The translations under genes were made by a program, and so were the position numbers. From assembly GCA_964481385.1 (NCBI GenBank), contig CAYZTN010000001.1:255-64254 (forward strand): 64,000 nt of DNA, written 5' to 3'. Source of the stretch: an uncultured Clostridium sp. (lineage in GTDB: Bacteria; Bacillota; Clostridia; TANB77; CAG-465). This document shows positions 9,856 through 20,203 of this stretch, in pieces (positions within the stretch are counted from its first letter, which is position 1; each line of letters begins with the position of its first letter). The notes beneath the pieces were generated by a model that had not been told where the DNA came from, ran no database searches, and saw only the letters and a program-made list of their open reading frames with translations.

Positions 9856-10947
9856 CTATTCAATGCTTACTGTTTTAACCAGGCTTGCATTGCCTGCATT
9901 GTCTACTACAACAAATTGCACTTCTGCAACCGCTAAATCTAATTTAATTTTGTAAGTTTCGCCTTTACTTCCGGCACTTATCAGTTGTGTAGCGGTATAA
10001 TCTATATCACTAACACCATAGTAACTGCATGCCACTCCGCTTTTATCGTCAGTTGCATCAGAAAATTTGACTATCACACAATCATTTTGCCTAACAATTA
10101 CAGGATCACCAATTGTTGGTGAAATTATGTCCAAATTTTCAACGTTAACACTAGTTTTAGCTATAACTTTTCCGTTTTCATCTTCTTTTTGAAAAATAAC
10201 ATCATTCATCTCAGACAGTTCACTAAACATTTCCGAATTTGTTGTTATCGTATCATAAGACAATTTTAATGTATATGGCAACGTTTCTGCAATTGGCGTC
10301 TTTACATCTCCAACTATATAATATAACGTCTCATCATCTTCTAATTTAGTATTAACAGTCAATTCCAAGCTATTAGTCCATTTGTCTGTACTTTTTAAAA
10401 CAGAAATTCTGCTTGTGATAAACACTGATTGTACATCTTCATTTGTATTTTTAGACAAATCTTCATCATTAATTTGGCTTATTTTACTTGTAAGTGAAAA
10501 ATATACAACGCCATCTATTTCCACACCTAAAGGATAGTATACAAAATTTCCATCTTCACTAATCACATAAAAATCCGCTTCATTATCATTGTTTCCATAA
10601 AAACCCTCGGTTTTTGCAATTTTGCTTAACTCTATCCTATAATACTTTGTTGCTATATCTTGATTAATTTCAAACTCCTCTTGTAACGCTTGAGAATTGA
10701 TAGAAATTCCGAGTAAGTCTGACTTTGTATAACTCACACTTTCATCAACAGGATATTTACCATTTTGTAAATAATATGATTGAGCTGCTTCATGTATCTC
10801 TTTCAGTTCAACTGCAAAAGCAACTTCTTTTGAATCATCTATCGAATCACTTAAAGTAATTACAATCGTAAATGCTAGTATACTCATTATAATTAATATG
10901 ACTGTTAATAATACTAACGAGATTCCTTTCTTTCCCATATTTCTCAC
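9856..10947 (-). CDS. Large pilin-like protein (MRNMGKKG|ISLVLLTVILIIMSIL), possible minor pilin or adhesin
   Basis: 363 aa. Same KKGISL N-terminus, then EAAQSYYLQNGKYP. Large C-terminal domain. Confidence 0.5.
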   Translation of the reverse strand: MRNMGKKGISLVLLTVILIIMSILAFTIVITLSDSIDDSKEVAFAVELKEIHEAAQSYYLQNGKYPVDESVSYTKSDLLGISINSQALQEEFEINQDIATKYYRIELSKIAKTEGFYGNNDNEADFYVISEDGNFVYYPLGVEIDGVVYFSLTSKISQINDEDLSKNTNEDVQSVFITSRISVLKSTDKWTNSLELTVNTKLEDDETLYYIVGDVKTPIAETLPYTLKLSYDTITTNSEMFSELSEMNDVIFQKEDENGKVIAKTSVNVENLDIISPTIGDPVIVRQNDCVIVKFSDATDDKSGVACSYYGVSDIDYTATQLISAGSKGETYKIKLDLAVAEVQFVVVDNAGNASLVKTVSIE

Positions 10948-11096
10948 CTTTTGTTATTTTATATCAAAAAACATAAATTATCAACGGTGAATTTAAAATT
11001 TACAAACTTCATCGCTTCAATATAATAAATATAAGATACACAATTATTAAAATTACTAGAGAAATTAAAAACTTACTTCTTTTATTCAAACCTAAT

Positions 11097-11924
11097 TCAC
11101 CTTCCGTTTTTTATATAATAATATGCAGTCACTATAATATACAACACTATATATATTGGAAACAAATATGACGCAATAAACCTAAAGCGCCCCATTGGGC
11201 TATACACTTTACCTAAAATATTTGAATAACAAACATAAATCAAAGCACACGCTAATACATTATAGGCACTAGCTTTTCTCGAAATAACAGCATTCAAATT
11301 ATATATCACATTTGCTGTTACTATAGTTCCTGCTAAAATTACAAAAGCAAAATTAAGTATTGTACTAAACTTTAGCTTATTTCTTTTCAAAACGAATTCC
11401 TTTACCCTAAACTTTGTAACCTTTTTTCGCAAGCTATTACTTAACTCAAAGCTTTGTAAATTCACTTTCTTTACATAAAGCTCTTCTTTTTTTAAACAAA
11501 CAAAATAATGAGAATATATATCTTCTTTTCTTAACATTTGAATATAGTTCATACAAGCCGCCATAAATTTAAACAATACATCTTTTATTTTTCTAGACTT
11601 TTTTTCGAAGTAAAATAAAGCATCAAATCCACAAGGGCTCTCATTTGCTAGTATAAAGTTATACAACACTATATCTATTTGATTTTTTGAAACACTTTCG
11701 CTTTTTGACAGCAATATATACTCTGACTTTGCATTCTTCATTTTATTTGTAATTTCTTTATGCAACAAACCTTTTGTACATATACATTCTAAATTATTTC
11801 TGATATACTGCATTTTTTTTAAATCTTCTTCTGATATATTTTTCTCATCATAACGCATCACTTGCTTTTTTTGAATTAAAAAAATGACCACTATAACGAG
11901 AATGAATATTGCTAAATAATTCAT
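11097..11924 (-). CDS. Hypothetical membrane protein
   Basis: 275 aa. N-terminal TM and multiple C-terminal TMs. No recognisable motif. Confidence 0.3.
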   Translation of the reverse strand: MNYLAIFILVIVVIFLIQKKQVMRYDEKNISEEDLKKMQYIRNNLECICTKGLLHKEITNKMKNAKSEYILLSKSESVSKNQIDIVLYNFILANESPCGFDALFYFEKKSRKIKDVLFKFMAACMNYIQMLRKEDIYSHYFVCLKKEELYVKKVNLQSFELSNSLRKKVTKFRVKEFVLKRNKLKFSTILNFAFVILAGTIVTANVIYNLNAVISRKASAYNVLACALIYVCYSNILGKVYSPMGRFRFIASYLFPIYIVLYIIVTAYYYIKNGR

Positions 11925-12008
11925 AAACTCCCCTTATACATGATCATATTATCACAAAAAAATATTAAATTAAATTTATATTACACCTCTATACATTTTT
12001 CGACATTA

Positions 12009-12791
12009 TTAGAACAAAGCGCTAAACCAAGGCTCAACTAAAGATATATGATAAACAGTAAGTACAACTAAAATTCCAAGCAACGCACTAAATATTAAAT
12101 GCAAATACGAAACATTGTCTTTTTCTTTTTTTAAAGAAGATATCATAAATGCTAAAAATAAAGCAATACCTCCTACCAAAAAGCTTTTAGTTATAATATA
12201 CAAATATATTGAAAGTGCAAAACTTACTGCAACTCTTGTACTTGGAAACGCTTCAACATAATTTTCTTTCTTTTTATTCATAATTCCTTTTATCACAACA
12301 GTAAGAAGAACAAGCACAAACAAAATTGTAACCAAAAGATGAGCCCTAGAACTTAGAATACTAGTAAGCATCGTCGTTGAAGCATGCGATAGCTTATCCA
12401 CAAACAAAAAATAAGCAACTATAACTGAAATTCCACCAGATATAAGTACGCCACCAGCTGCAATATCTTTAGCCGCCTTAGCATTTTCATTGTATTCCTG
12501 TGTAATTAAATCTACTATATACTCAACTGTTGTGTTTATCATTTCTGAAAATATAACAAAACCAATTGTTAATATTAAGCATATCATTTCAGTTTTTGAA
12601 AAGTCAAAAAACAAACTACATACAAGTACAAGCGCACCTATAATATAATCTATTCTTAAATTTCTCTCGGTCTTAAAGGCGTGAATTATGCCATTTAAAG
12701 CATAACGCATAGCACCCACAAGACTTTTGTTCTTATTTATGTTTTTTACCTCTTTTTTCTTTTTTTTATTTTCGCCCTCAGAATTATTCAA
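12009..12791 (-). CDS. dgkA: Diacylglycerol/undecaprenol kinase DgkA-like domain fused to an extra ~125-aa polytopic membrane domain
   Basis: Residues 25-135 match the DgkA pattern (AMRYALNGIIHAFKTERN...EMINTTVEYIVDLITQEYNENAKAAKDIAAGGVL). The C-terminal extension carries 3-4 TM helices. Conserved ybeY-dgkA synteny. Confidence 0.65.
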   Translation of the reverse strand: MNNSEGENKKKKKEVKNINKNKSLVGAMRYALNGIIHAFKTERNLRIDYIIGALVLVCSLFFDFSKTEMICLILTIGFVIFSEMINTTVEYIVDLITQEYNENAKAAKDIAAGGVLISGGISVIVAYFLFVDKLSHASTTMLTSILSSRAHLLVTILFVLVLLTVVIKGIMNKKKENYVEAFPSTRVAVSFALSIYLYIITKSFLVGGIALFLAFMISSLKKEKDNVSYLHLIFSALLGILVVLTVYHISLVEPWFSALF

Positions 12792-12792
12792 A

Positions 12793-13293
12793 TTAATTGC
12801 ACCCTTCCAATATTTTCTCTTCCAACGCTCTCATTTCACGTTTTTCTTCTTCTACTTCGTGATCATAACCTAGCAGATGGCATATGCCATGTACAATCAT
12901 ATAAAGCATTTCCCTATTAAAACCAGTACCATACTCAACACTATGCTCTTCTATAACATCCATGCATAATACTATATCCCCTAATGACATCTCTTCATCA
13001 TTTTTGCTTTTTTTCATTTCCGCAAGTTCTTCTCTAGAAAATATTGGAAAAGACAAAACATCGGTCTTTCTATCAACGTTTCTAAACTCACTGTTTAATT
13101 TCTGTATTTCGGGTTCTGTAACAACTCCAATTCCTACATAAACATTTGGCAAATGAAACCCTTCTAACTCAAAAGCTCTTCTTATTAAACCATCAATCTT
13201 GTCTTTGTATTCTGATATAAAGTCGTTGTACTTCCTAATAGCTTCTTCTTGTTCATAATTTGTATAATAATCTACGCTTATTCCCATAGTCAT
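12793..13293 (-). CDS. ybeY: rRNA maturation endoribonuclease YbeY
   Basis: 166 aa. Zinc motif HGICHLLGYDH. Confidence 0.9.
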   Translation of the reverse strand: MTMGISVDYYTNYEQEEAIRKYNDFISEYKDKIDGLIRRAFELEGFHLPNVYVGIGVVTEPEIQKLNSEFRNVDRKTDVLSFPIFSREELAEMKKSKNDEEMSLGDIVLCMDVIEEHSVEYGTGFNREMLYMIVHGICHLLGYDHEVEEEKREMRALEEKILEGCN

Positions 13294-14474
13294 TCTCCTA
13301 TCTCAACAAATTTTCCTATTTCTTCATCCATAACATACTGCATATTGTATATTATTCCATCCTTGTTTTCAACAACTTCTGTAGTGTGACTTATATATTT
13401 TTTCCCTTCACTCTCTAAAGTGCATAAAAAATTAGCCGAATCTCTTTCACCTTGTTTTAACAATTCTTCTTTGGTTTTTACTACAGATTTGTCGGAATAC
13501 TCTGTATAATTTTCAAAAACAAGTTTTAGTCTTAGGCCAAATATATTGAAAACTTTTTCTTCATTACTTATATCATATTTATACCCTTTTGGCAAACATT
13601 TTGCTACAATTTTTTTATTATTTATACCAATTCCTATTCCATGCTTCACTTCTCCGGTATATTCCTTTTGATTTTCAATATAATAATACTCTTTTGAAAA
13701 TTCATACTCTGTCTTTCCTCTTAACTCACCAGTTGCATGAACTTCTTTTGATACCTCACCATTTGCATAAAGCTTCCCCTCTATCGCAACACTTCCTTTT
13801 TCAATAAAGCTTTCAAGCTTATATAAGGCTGTTCCATTTTCGGCCACTATCTTTGTTATTACAGCGTCTTTCATTGCAACAATATTTCCCACTTTTTCGT
13901 TATTTTCCTTTTCTTCTGATATTACTTTTTCCACTATTTGCACATTCAGTGTTGTACCATGAATATTTACACCCGCCCACGCTACTTCATAAAACGAAGC
14001 CCTTAGCACATCACTTATTCTACTTTCCGAAATACCAAGTTTGTTTTTTCCTTCATACACATCGACTTCTCTAAGAACTTTCAATATATCTTCAGTAGCC
14101 ACGCTTTCATTTCCTTCCACATTTATATTCCATAAAAAAGTAGACGCAATATATATTCCAATTAAAAGTATAACAAAAAAAATAAATGCAATTCTTCTTT
14201 TCTTGTACTTTAACAATTTATAGTACGCGCCTTGCTTTTTTACAACCTTTAGCTTGCACTTTGTCCTGTTTAAAAGCGTTTCCATTTTTTTTAACTCCTT
14301 AGGCGTTGTATAAAAACAAATTTTTCCTGAATTTATATTTTTTATACTCCAAACATTCACTTTATTTATTATACATAAGTTTATAAACCTCTCGACAAAG
14401 TATCCTTCAACTTCCACTTTTATTGTTGTTTTTATATAATTTGAAATGTTGCTTATCTTCATTATACCCCCCAT
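13290..14474 (-). CDS. yqfD: Sporulation protein YqfD
   Basis: 394 aa. N-terminal ~90-aa domain, single TM, large C-terminal domain. Conserved yqfC-yqfD-(phoH)-ybeY order of endospore formers. Confidence 0.6.
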   Translation of the reverse strand: MGGIMKISNISNYIKTTIKVEVEGYFVERFINLCIINKVNVWSIKNINSGKICFYTTPKELKKMETLLNRTKCKLKVVKKQGAYYKLLKYKKRRIAFIFFVILLIGIYIASTFLWNINVEGNESVATEDILKVLREVDVYEGKNKLGISESRISDVLRASFYEVAWAGVNIHGTTLNVQIVEKVISEEKENNEKVGNIVAMKDAVITKIVAENGTALYKLESFIEKGSVAIEGKLYANGEVSKEVHATGELRGKTEYEFSKEYYYIENQKEYTGEVKHGIGIGINNKKIVAKCLPKGYKYDISNEEKVFNIFGLRLKLVFENYTEYSDKSVVKTKEELLKQGERDSANFLCTLESEGKKYISHTTEVVENKDGIIYNMQYVMDEEIGKFVEIGE

Positions 14475-14475
14475 A

Positions 14476-14832
14476 TTAGTTAAAACTAATAGTTAAAATA
14501 TCTCCTTCTATTACTAGCTCACTATCCTCCATTCCTCTTATTTCCATATTTTTTCCATCTATTATTATTATGTGTTTGCCTGTTTTTACTTTTATAAAGT
14601 GGCTATAATAGTCCTCAATTTTGTTTTTACCTTCCAAAAATATCATCTTATTTTCTACGATAGACATACGTGTTCCATCACCCACTAATTCTTGTGGTAT
14701 CTCTAAAAATCTAGTTACTTTTTCCTTGTATTTGTCTTTGATCTTCCCTATTTTTTTCATTTTTCTAAAATTAATTATTCCTTTATGCTTTTTTGAATTC
14801 ATTAGTACCTCCTCGCTAATAATTCTATTCAT
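14476..14832 (-). CDS. yqfC: Sporulation protein YqfC
   Basis: 118 aa, beta-rich; FLEIPQEL...IENKMIFLEGKNKIEDY...IEGDILTISF resembles the YqfC family. Located upstream of yqfD. Confidence 0.6.
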   Translation of the reverse strand: MNRIISEEVLMNSKKHKGIINFRKMKKIGKIKDKYKEKVTRFLEIPQELVGDGTRMSIVENKMIFLEGKNKIEDYYSHFIKVKTGKHIIIIDGKNMEIRGMEDSELVIEGDILTISFN

Positions 14833-14991
14833 ATTGTCTACTATTTATTCAAAATATTTTTAACAAAATGTAATTAAAAGTTTTACAAAATACATGTATA
14901 ATTTTACACACTGACAGATTGTAAAATTAAACTTGAATTAAACTGCTTTTGATTATAACATATAAACGTTACTGAAACGGAGCGGATAAAT

Positions 14992-15666
14992 ATGGTGAAA
15001 ATTGGTCTTTGTGATGACGATATAAATAGTCTTAAATACACTTCAAAAATTATTGAAGCGCAAATTATCGACATGAATCTTGATGCTGAAATAAGTGTAA
15101 TTACAAATGACCAAGAACTCATTAAACAAAAGATTATAAATCACGAAATAGATGTATTGTTCTTAGATATTGAATTTAAATCTGATGGCAAAAATGGCAT
15201 CGCATTCGCCAACGAATTAAGAACTTTAAACAAAGATTTTTCTCTCATATTCGTAACGGCATTTTTTGAATATTCAATGCTCGCATATCAGTGTAAAACA
15301 TTTGGTTATGTGTTAAAACCAGTAACCGTGCAATCTATTGCACCTATTATGCTTAGATTGCAATCTGAGTTTTTCCAAGAACCAAATAATTTTATACAAT
15401 TAAACAAATCAGAATCTATAAGAGCTAAGGATATTCTTTTTATTGAAAGAAATAAATCTAAAACAAAAGTATATACAGCTTGCGATACCTTTGAGACCAA
15501 TTATTCTCTAAACAATATGCAGGAATTTTTGCCAAAAGATTTCGTAAGAGTGCACCGTTCTTATATTGTTAATCAGAACAATATACAAGGAATTAACAAG
15601 AACGAAAAAGTAATTTTGTTTGAAAATAAACTTAGCTGTCCACTTGGGCAGCTTAAATCATTTTAA
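14992..15666 (+). CDS. LytTR-family response regulator (AgrA-like)
   Basis: 224 aa. Receiver domain (DVLFLDIEF) and C-terminal LytTR DNA-binding domain (FVRVHRSYIVN). Confidence 0.85.
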   Translation: MVKIGLCDDDINSLKYTSKIIEAQIIDMNLDAEISVITNDQELIKQKIINHEIDVLFLDIEFKSDGKNGIAFANELRTLNKDFSLIFVTAFFEYSMLAYQCKTFGYVLKPVTVQSIAPIMLRLQSEFFQEPNNFIQLNKSESIRAKDILFIERNKSKTKVYTACDTFETNYSLNNMQEFLPKDFVRVHRSYIVNQNNIQGINKNEKVILFENKLSCPLGQLKSF

Positions 15667-15683
15667 GGAGGAAACATACTACT

Positions 15684-17012
15684 ATGGAAATACTACATAC
15701 AACTTTTTATTACGTTGCAATATATATCGAAGCTGTTACAATTGCATATATGTTGCGTGCACTATCTTGTATAGTAACAAGAACCTTTGATACAAAAAAA
15801 TACAAAGAAGGCTTTTTCCTTAGCTTAATAATTTTCGTAATTCATGTAACAACAAATTACTTCATAGAACTTACATGGTTACGTTCCCTCATTAGTATTA
15901 TTGTATTTTCACTTGCAACCAAATTAATATACAAGATAAAACTCATACCTGCATTGCTTTCAACCATAATTGTTATGACCGCGTTTGCTTTATTTGAACT
16001 ATTAACAGTAGTAACGATCAAAAGTTTAGGCTTCGAACCTCAAAATATAAAAGCAAATGATATGTATAATGTACTTATTGTAATAATAATGTCATTAACT
16101 TGCTTTGTATTAACATATTTCTTATTTAAAATATATGTTAAAAAAGTATTTAATGTACATCAAGAAAACAAACTCGGAAAATACATTGTTCCACAATGTG
16201 TCGCGCTTATTATTTGCCTTATACCTTCCATGGCATTACTTATAAAAAACGATTTTGATTATTCTAATACAATAATAATGGCAAATATCATTCAGCTATG
16301 CGTTATATCTAGTGTAAGTATATGGAGTATTAGAAATTCAATAAAACAAAAAGAAACCGAAATGCAACTTGAAAACACAATTATACACAATCAAACATTA
16401 ACAAAAGTAAATGAAGGCGTTAGGGGTTTTAAACACGATATGGGTAATATCGTCCAAGCAATTTTAGGATATATAGCACTGAATGACACAGAAGGCGCAA
16501 AAGCATTCTGTCAAAATTTGGTGATTGGCTTTAATGATATAAATGTATTATCAATTCTATCTCCGAAAGTTATAAACGATCCTGCAATATACGGGGTTGT
16601 AGTAAACAAAATTTTAGTTGCAAGAGAAAAGAATATGAAACTTACATTAGATGTTGCAGCCGACGTAACAAATATAAACTTCCCAAAGTTTGAACTTTCG
16701 AGAATTTTAGGAATTCTGTTAGATAATGCTATTGAAGCTGGCATAAAAACCGAACCAAAAGAACTCATTTTAACAATTCATACATCACCAGATAACTTAT
16801 ACGATGAAATTATTATATCAAATTCCATACTAAGTCCAGACATACCACTAAACAAAATATTTACTAAAGATTATTCTTCAAAAGAAAAACCATCTGGTTT
16901 TGGGTTATATGAGGTAAATAATATTTTCAACAAATACACTCAAGGAATACTATCCACATCTATAGACAAAGAAAAATTACTATTTACACAAAGAATTAAA
17001 ATATTTAAATAG
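15684..17012 (+). CDS. AgrC/ComD-like membrane sensor histidine kinase (HPK10 family)
   Basis: 442 aa. Six or seven N-terminal TMs, then FKHDMGN (H-box) and LLDNAIEAG...GFGLYEV (GHKL ATPase). Follows the regulator by 18 nt. Confidence 0.75.
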   Translation: MEILHTTFYYVAIYIEAVTIAYMLRALSCIVTRTFDTKKYKEGFFLSLIIFVIHVTTNYFIELTWLRSLISIIVFSLATKLIYKIKLIPALLSTIIVMTAFALFELLTVVTIKSLGFEPQNIKANDMYNVLIVIIMSLTCFVLTYFLFKIYVKKVFNVHQENKLGKYIVPQCVALIICLIPSMALLIKNDFDYSNTIIMANIIQLCVISSVSIWSIRNSIKQKETEMQLENTIIHNQTLTKVNEGVRGFKHDMGNIVQAILGYIALNDTEGAKAFCQNLVIGFNDINVLSILSPKVINDPAIYGVVVNKILVAREKNMKLTLDVAADVTNINFPKFELSRILGILLDNAIEAGIKTEPKELILTIHTSPDNLYDEIIISNSILSPDIPLNKIFTKDYSSKEKPSGFGLYEVNNIFNKYTQGILSTSIDKEKLLFTQRIKIFK

Positions 17013-17070
17013 GACAAAGGTAGAGAACTAGTTATATATGTCTCTACCTTTAATTTTATATACTTCTATT

Positions 17071-19668
17071 TTATAATTTGACTATGCTCTCGTTTATTTT
17101 AGAAATAAGCTCAGTATACTTTTTTACCTTTTCTTTTTCCGCGTCTATTAAAGCAGCTGGTGCTTTTGATACAAATCTTTCATTTGAAAGCATACCTTCA
17201 GCTCTTTTTAATTCAGCTGTTGCTTTCTTTAACTCTTCATTTAATTTTGCTAATTCTTCATCTTTATTTACAGCACAAGACATATCTACTTTTACGTCAA
17301 TATTTTGAGTGTGCAATGCTGAGCCTGCGTTTGTTGAAACTTCGCCAACACTTACTTTTTCTGCTCCACATAGTTTTTCAATCATTGGAATAGACATGTT
17401 TAATTCTTCTATGTATATTTTACTATCTAAATATATGTCTATTTTTTTAGAATTTGTAATTCCAGCATTTGCACGCATATTTCTTATTTGACGAACTACA
17501 TCAATTAACTCTTCTTCAAACTTAAAGTCATCTTCAAATTTAAATTTAGCTTCTGGATATTCTGCTATAATTAAAGCTTCCGCATCTTTTTTTAGATTGC
17601 TATATATTTCTTCAGTAATATATGGCATATATGGATGTAACATTTTTACTATGTTATTTAATACATAATTTAATGTTTGCGCAGCCGCCATGTAACCTTT
17701 AGATTCTTTGTTATATAGTCTTGGTTTTGCCATTTCTATATATAGGTCACAAAAGTCTGACCATGCAAAGTCATAAATGATTCCTAGCGCTACACCTATT
17801 TCATAGTTTTCAATGTTTTCTCTTACAGACTGCACTGTATTACTTAGTTTTGTAAGTATCCATTTATCCTCAGGCATTAGCTCTTGTTCGTTTATCGTTA
17901 GACCATCCACATCCCCTATATAATTTAAACTAAATCTTGCTGCATTCCATAGTTTATTTGCAAAGTTACGTCCTGCTTCAACTTTTTCAGGTACATATCT
18001 TATATCATTTCCCGGAGCAATATTTTGAATTAGTGAAAATCTTAACGCGTCTGTTCCATATTCTTTTATAACTTCTAATGGGTCAATTCCATTTCCTAAA
18101 GATTTAGACATTTTTCTTCCTTGTGCGTCTCTTACTAGGCCATGTATAAACACATCTTTAAATGGTACTGTACCAGTATGTTCAATAGCACTAAATATCA
18201 TTTTAGATACCCAGAAAGTTATAATATCATAACCCGTAACTAAAAGTGATGTTGGGTAAAAATATTCAAAGTCTTCAGTTTTATCTGGCCAACCTAATGT
18301 TGAAAATGGCCATAGTGCTGAGCTAAACCATGTGTCTAATACGTCTTCGTCTTGTACAAAATGTCCTCCACATTCGCACGTGTCTGGCTTATCCATAGTG
18401 ACAACCATTTTTCCACATTTGTCACAGTAATATGCAGGAATTCTATGTCCCCACCACAACTGTCTTGAAATACACCAATCACGAATGTTTTCCATCCAGT
18501 TCATATATGTCTTTTCAAATCTTTCAGGTACAAATCTTACTTCCTTTTCTTTTACTGCTTTTATTGCAGGTTCTGCTAACTCCTTCATCGCAACAAACCA
18601 CTGCTTTGAAGCATAAGGCTCAACTGTTGTATGACATCTATAGCATTTTCCAACATTGTGTGAATAATTTTCTGTCTTTACTAAGCTTCCACAAACCTCT
18701 AAATCTTTTACAATTTCTGCTCTTGCTTCTTCACGAGTAAGTCCACTATACTTGCCATATCCATCTACAATTATACCTTTTTCATCTATTACAGATATAA
18801 CTTCTAGGTTGTGGCGCGCTCCTACTTCATAGTCATTTGGATCATGTGCTGGAGTAATTTTTACTGCGCCCGTTCCAAATTCTTTTTCAACATATTCATC
18901 AGCAATAATTGGTATGCGTCTTCCAACTAAAGGAAGTACAACACACGTTCCAACTATATCTTTGTATCTCTCATCTTCTGGATTTACCGCTATTGCTGTG
19001 TCTCCTAACATTGTTTCAGGACGTGTTGTAGCAACAATTATACTACGACTTCCGTCTTCTGTTTTGTATTCAATGTGCCATAAATGTGATGCTTCTTCTT
19101 CATACTCAACTTCGTTATCTGAAATAGAAGTACCACAATTTGTACACCAGTTAACTATTCTCTCACCTTTGTATATTAAACCTTTTTCATATAGCTTAAC
19201 AAATACATATTCTACAGCACGAGACAAGCCTTCGTCCATAGTAAATCTTTCGCGCGACCAGTCACATGAAGCTCCAAGCTTCTTTAATTGATTTACTATT
19301 CTATCGCCATAAAGTCTTTTCCATTCCCAAGCTTCTTTTAGGAAACCTTCTCTACCAAGTTCTTCTTTAGTCTTTCCTTCACTCGCTAACTTTGCAACAA
19401 CCTTTACCTCTGTTGCAATACTTGCATGGTCTGTTCCTGGTACCCAAAGTGTAGGAACTCCTTTCATTCTGTTGTATCTTATAAAGACATCTTGTATAGT
19501 TTCATCTAAAGCATGTCCCATATGAAGTTGTCCCGTTACATTTGGTGGTGGTATAACAACTACGAAAGGTTTCTTTGACTTATCTACCTTTGGTTTAAAA
19601 TATTCCTTTTCTTCCCACTCTTTATATATTCTTTCTTCGCATTCTTGCGGATTAAATCTACTTTCCAT
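17071..19668 (-). CDS. valS: Valine--tRNA ligase
   Basis: 865 aa. HMGHA (HIGH), KMSKSLGN (KMSKS), C-terminal coiled coil. Confidence 0.95.
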   Translation of the reverse strand: MESRFNPQECEERIYKEWEEKEYFKPKVDKSKKPFVVVIPPPNVTGQLHMGHALDETIQDVFIRYNRMKGVPTLWVPGTDHASIATEVKVVAKLASEGKTKEELGREGFLKEAWEWKRLYGDRIVNQLKKLGASCDWSRERFTMDEGLSRAVEYVFVKLYEKGLIYKGERIVNWCTNCGTSISDNEVEYEEEASHLWHIEYKTEDGSRSIIVATTRPETMLGDTAIAVNPEDERYKDIVGTCVVLPLVGRRIPIIADEYVEKEFGTGAVKITPAHDPNDYEVGARHNLEVISVIDEKGIIVDGYGKYSGLTREEARAEIVKDLEVCGSLVKTENYSHNVGKCYRCHTTVEPYASKQWFVAMKELAEPAIKAVKEKEVRFVPERFEKTYMNWMENIRDWCISRQLWWGHRIPAYYCDKCGKMVVTMDKPDTCECGGHFVQDEDVLDTWFSSALWPFSTLGWPDKTEDFEYFYPTSLLVTGYDIITFWVSKMIFSAIEHTGTVPFKDVFIHGLVRDAQGRKMSKSLGNGIDPLEVIKEYGTDALRFSLIQNIAPGNDIRYVPEKVEAGRNFANKLWNAARFSLNYIGDVDGLTINEQELMPEDKWILTKLSNTVQSVRENIENYEIGVALGIIYDFAWSDFCDLYIEMAKPRLYNKESKGYMAAAQTLNYVLNNIVKMLHPYMPYITEEIYSNLKKDAEALIIAEYPEAKFKFEDDFKFEEELIDVVRQIRNMRANAGITNSKKIDIYLDSKIYIEELNMSIPMIEKLCGAEKVSVGEVSTNAGSALHTQNIDVKVDMSCAVNKDEELAKLNEELKKATAELKRAEGMLSNERFVSKAPAALIDAEKEKVKKYTELISKINESIVKL

Positions 19669-19682
19669 TTATCTTTCTCTCC

Positions 19683-19889
19683 TTAACTCAAACCATATTT
19701 AAAACTTAAAAAATATATTACACATAGCGCCACTATGGCGACGACTACCCCAAGTAACCTTGCCACTCGAATAACTTTAACTTTATTCTTAACTTTCAAT
19801 CTTTCTACTATGTCTTTTGCAAAAAACACACCTACCAGTCCCATATTTAATATCAAAAGACATATTATATATATAACGTATTGCTTCAT
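19683..19889 (-). CDS. Small 2-TM membrane protein encoded in the valS leader
   Basis: MKQYVIYIICLLILNMGLVGVFF... with RBS GGAGAAA and a promoter immediately upstream. valS follows with its own RBS. The ORF-track start at 19913 is less likely. Confidence 0.35.
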   Translation of the reverse strand: MKQYVIYIICLLILNMGLVGVFFAKDIVERLKVKNKVKVIRVARLLGVVVAIVALCVIYFLSFKYGLS

Positions 19890-19916
19890 TTTTATTTCTC
19901 CAATATCACACATAAT

Positions 19917-19944
19917 ATATTACCACAAAATAGCAGTTTGTCAA
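19917..19944 (-). promoter_or_regulatory. Sigma-A promoter (TTGACA-16-TGgTAATAT, extended -10) for the small ORF and valS
   Basis: Read on the minus strand. Consensus -35 and extended -10. Confidence 0.55.
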
Positions 19945-20203
19945 GGTAGGAAAAGATGTATGCTTGACAAGATCCTAGATTTTATGTATAATGTTATAGA
20001 CATAAGTCATTAAATCTAAAAATAATTATTTTGGAGGTAAACTATTCAATTTAACGATATTACTTAACATTTTTTTAAACCCAACTTTTTAGAATTCAAA
20101 TTTACAAGGAGAAAAAAATGAAACAAAAAACGACTTAACTTTTTTAGAATGGTATGTCAAAAAAGAGCAAGAAACAAAAACAATTCTTTTAAATGACAGT
20201 TAT

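Noticed and set aside
9835-9858. Stop of the 9856-10947 ORF and the next gene are in the same frame (possible read-through/fusion)
   Set aside because: The downstream gene has its own GTG with a strong RBS giving MKKGISL, like the paralogs. The frame match is coincidental.
19669-19990. Possible T-box riboswitch upstream of valS
   Set aside because: Only a partial match to the T-box consensus (GGGTAGTCGTCGCC versus GGGTGGTACCGCGG). No clear specifier loop or antiterminator. The region is better explained by a promoter plus a small ORF with an RBS.
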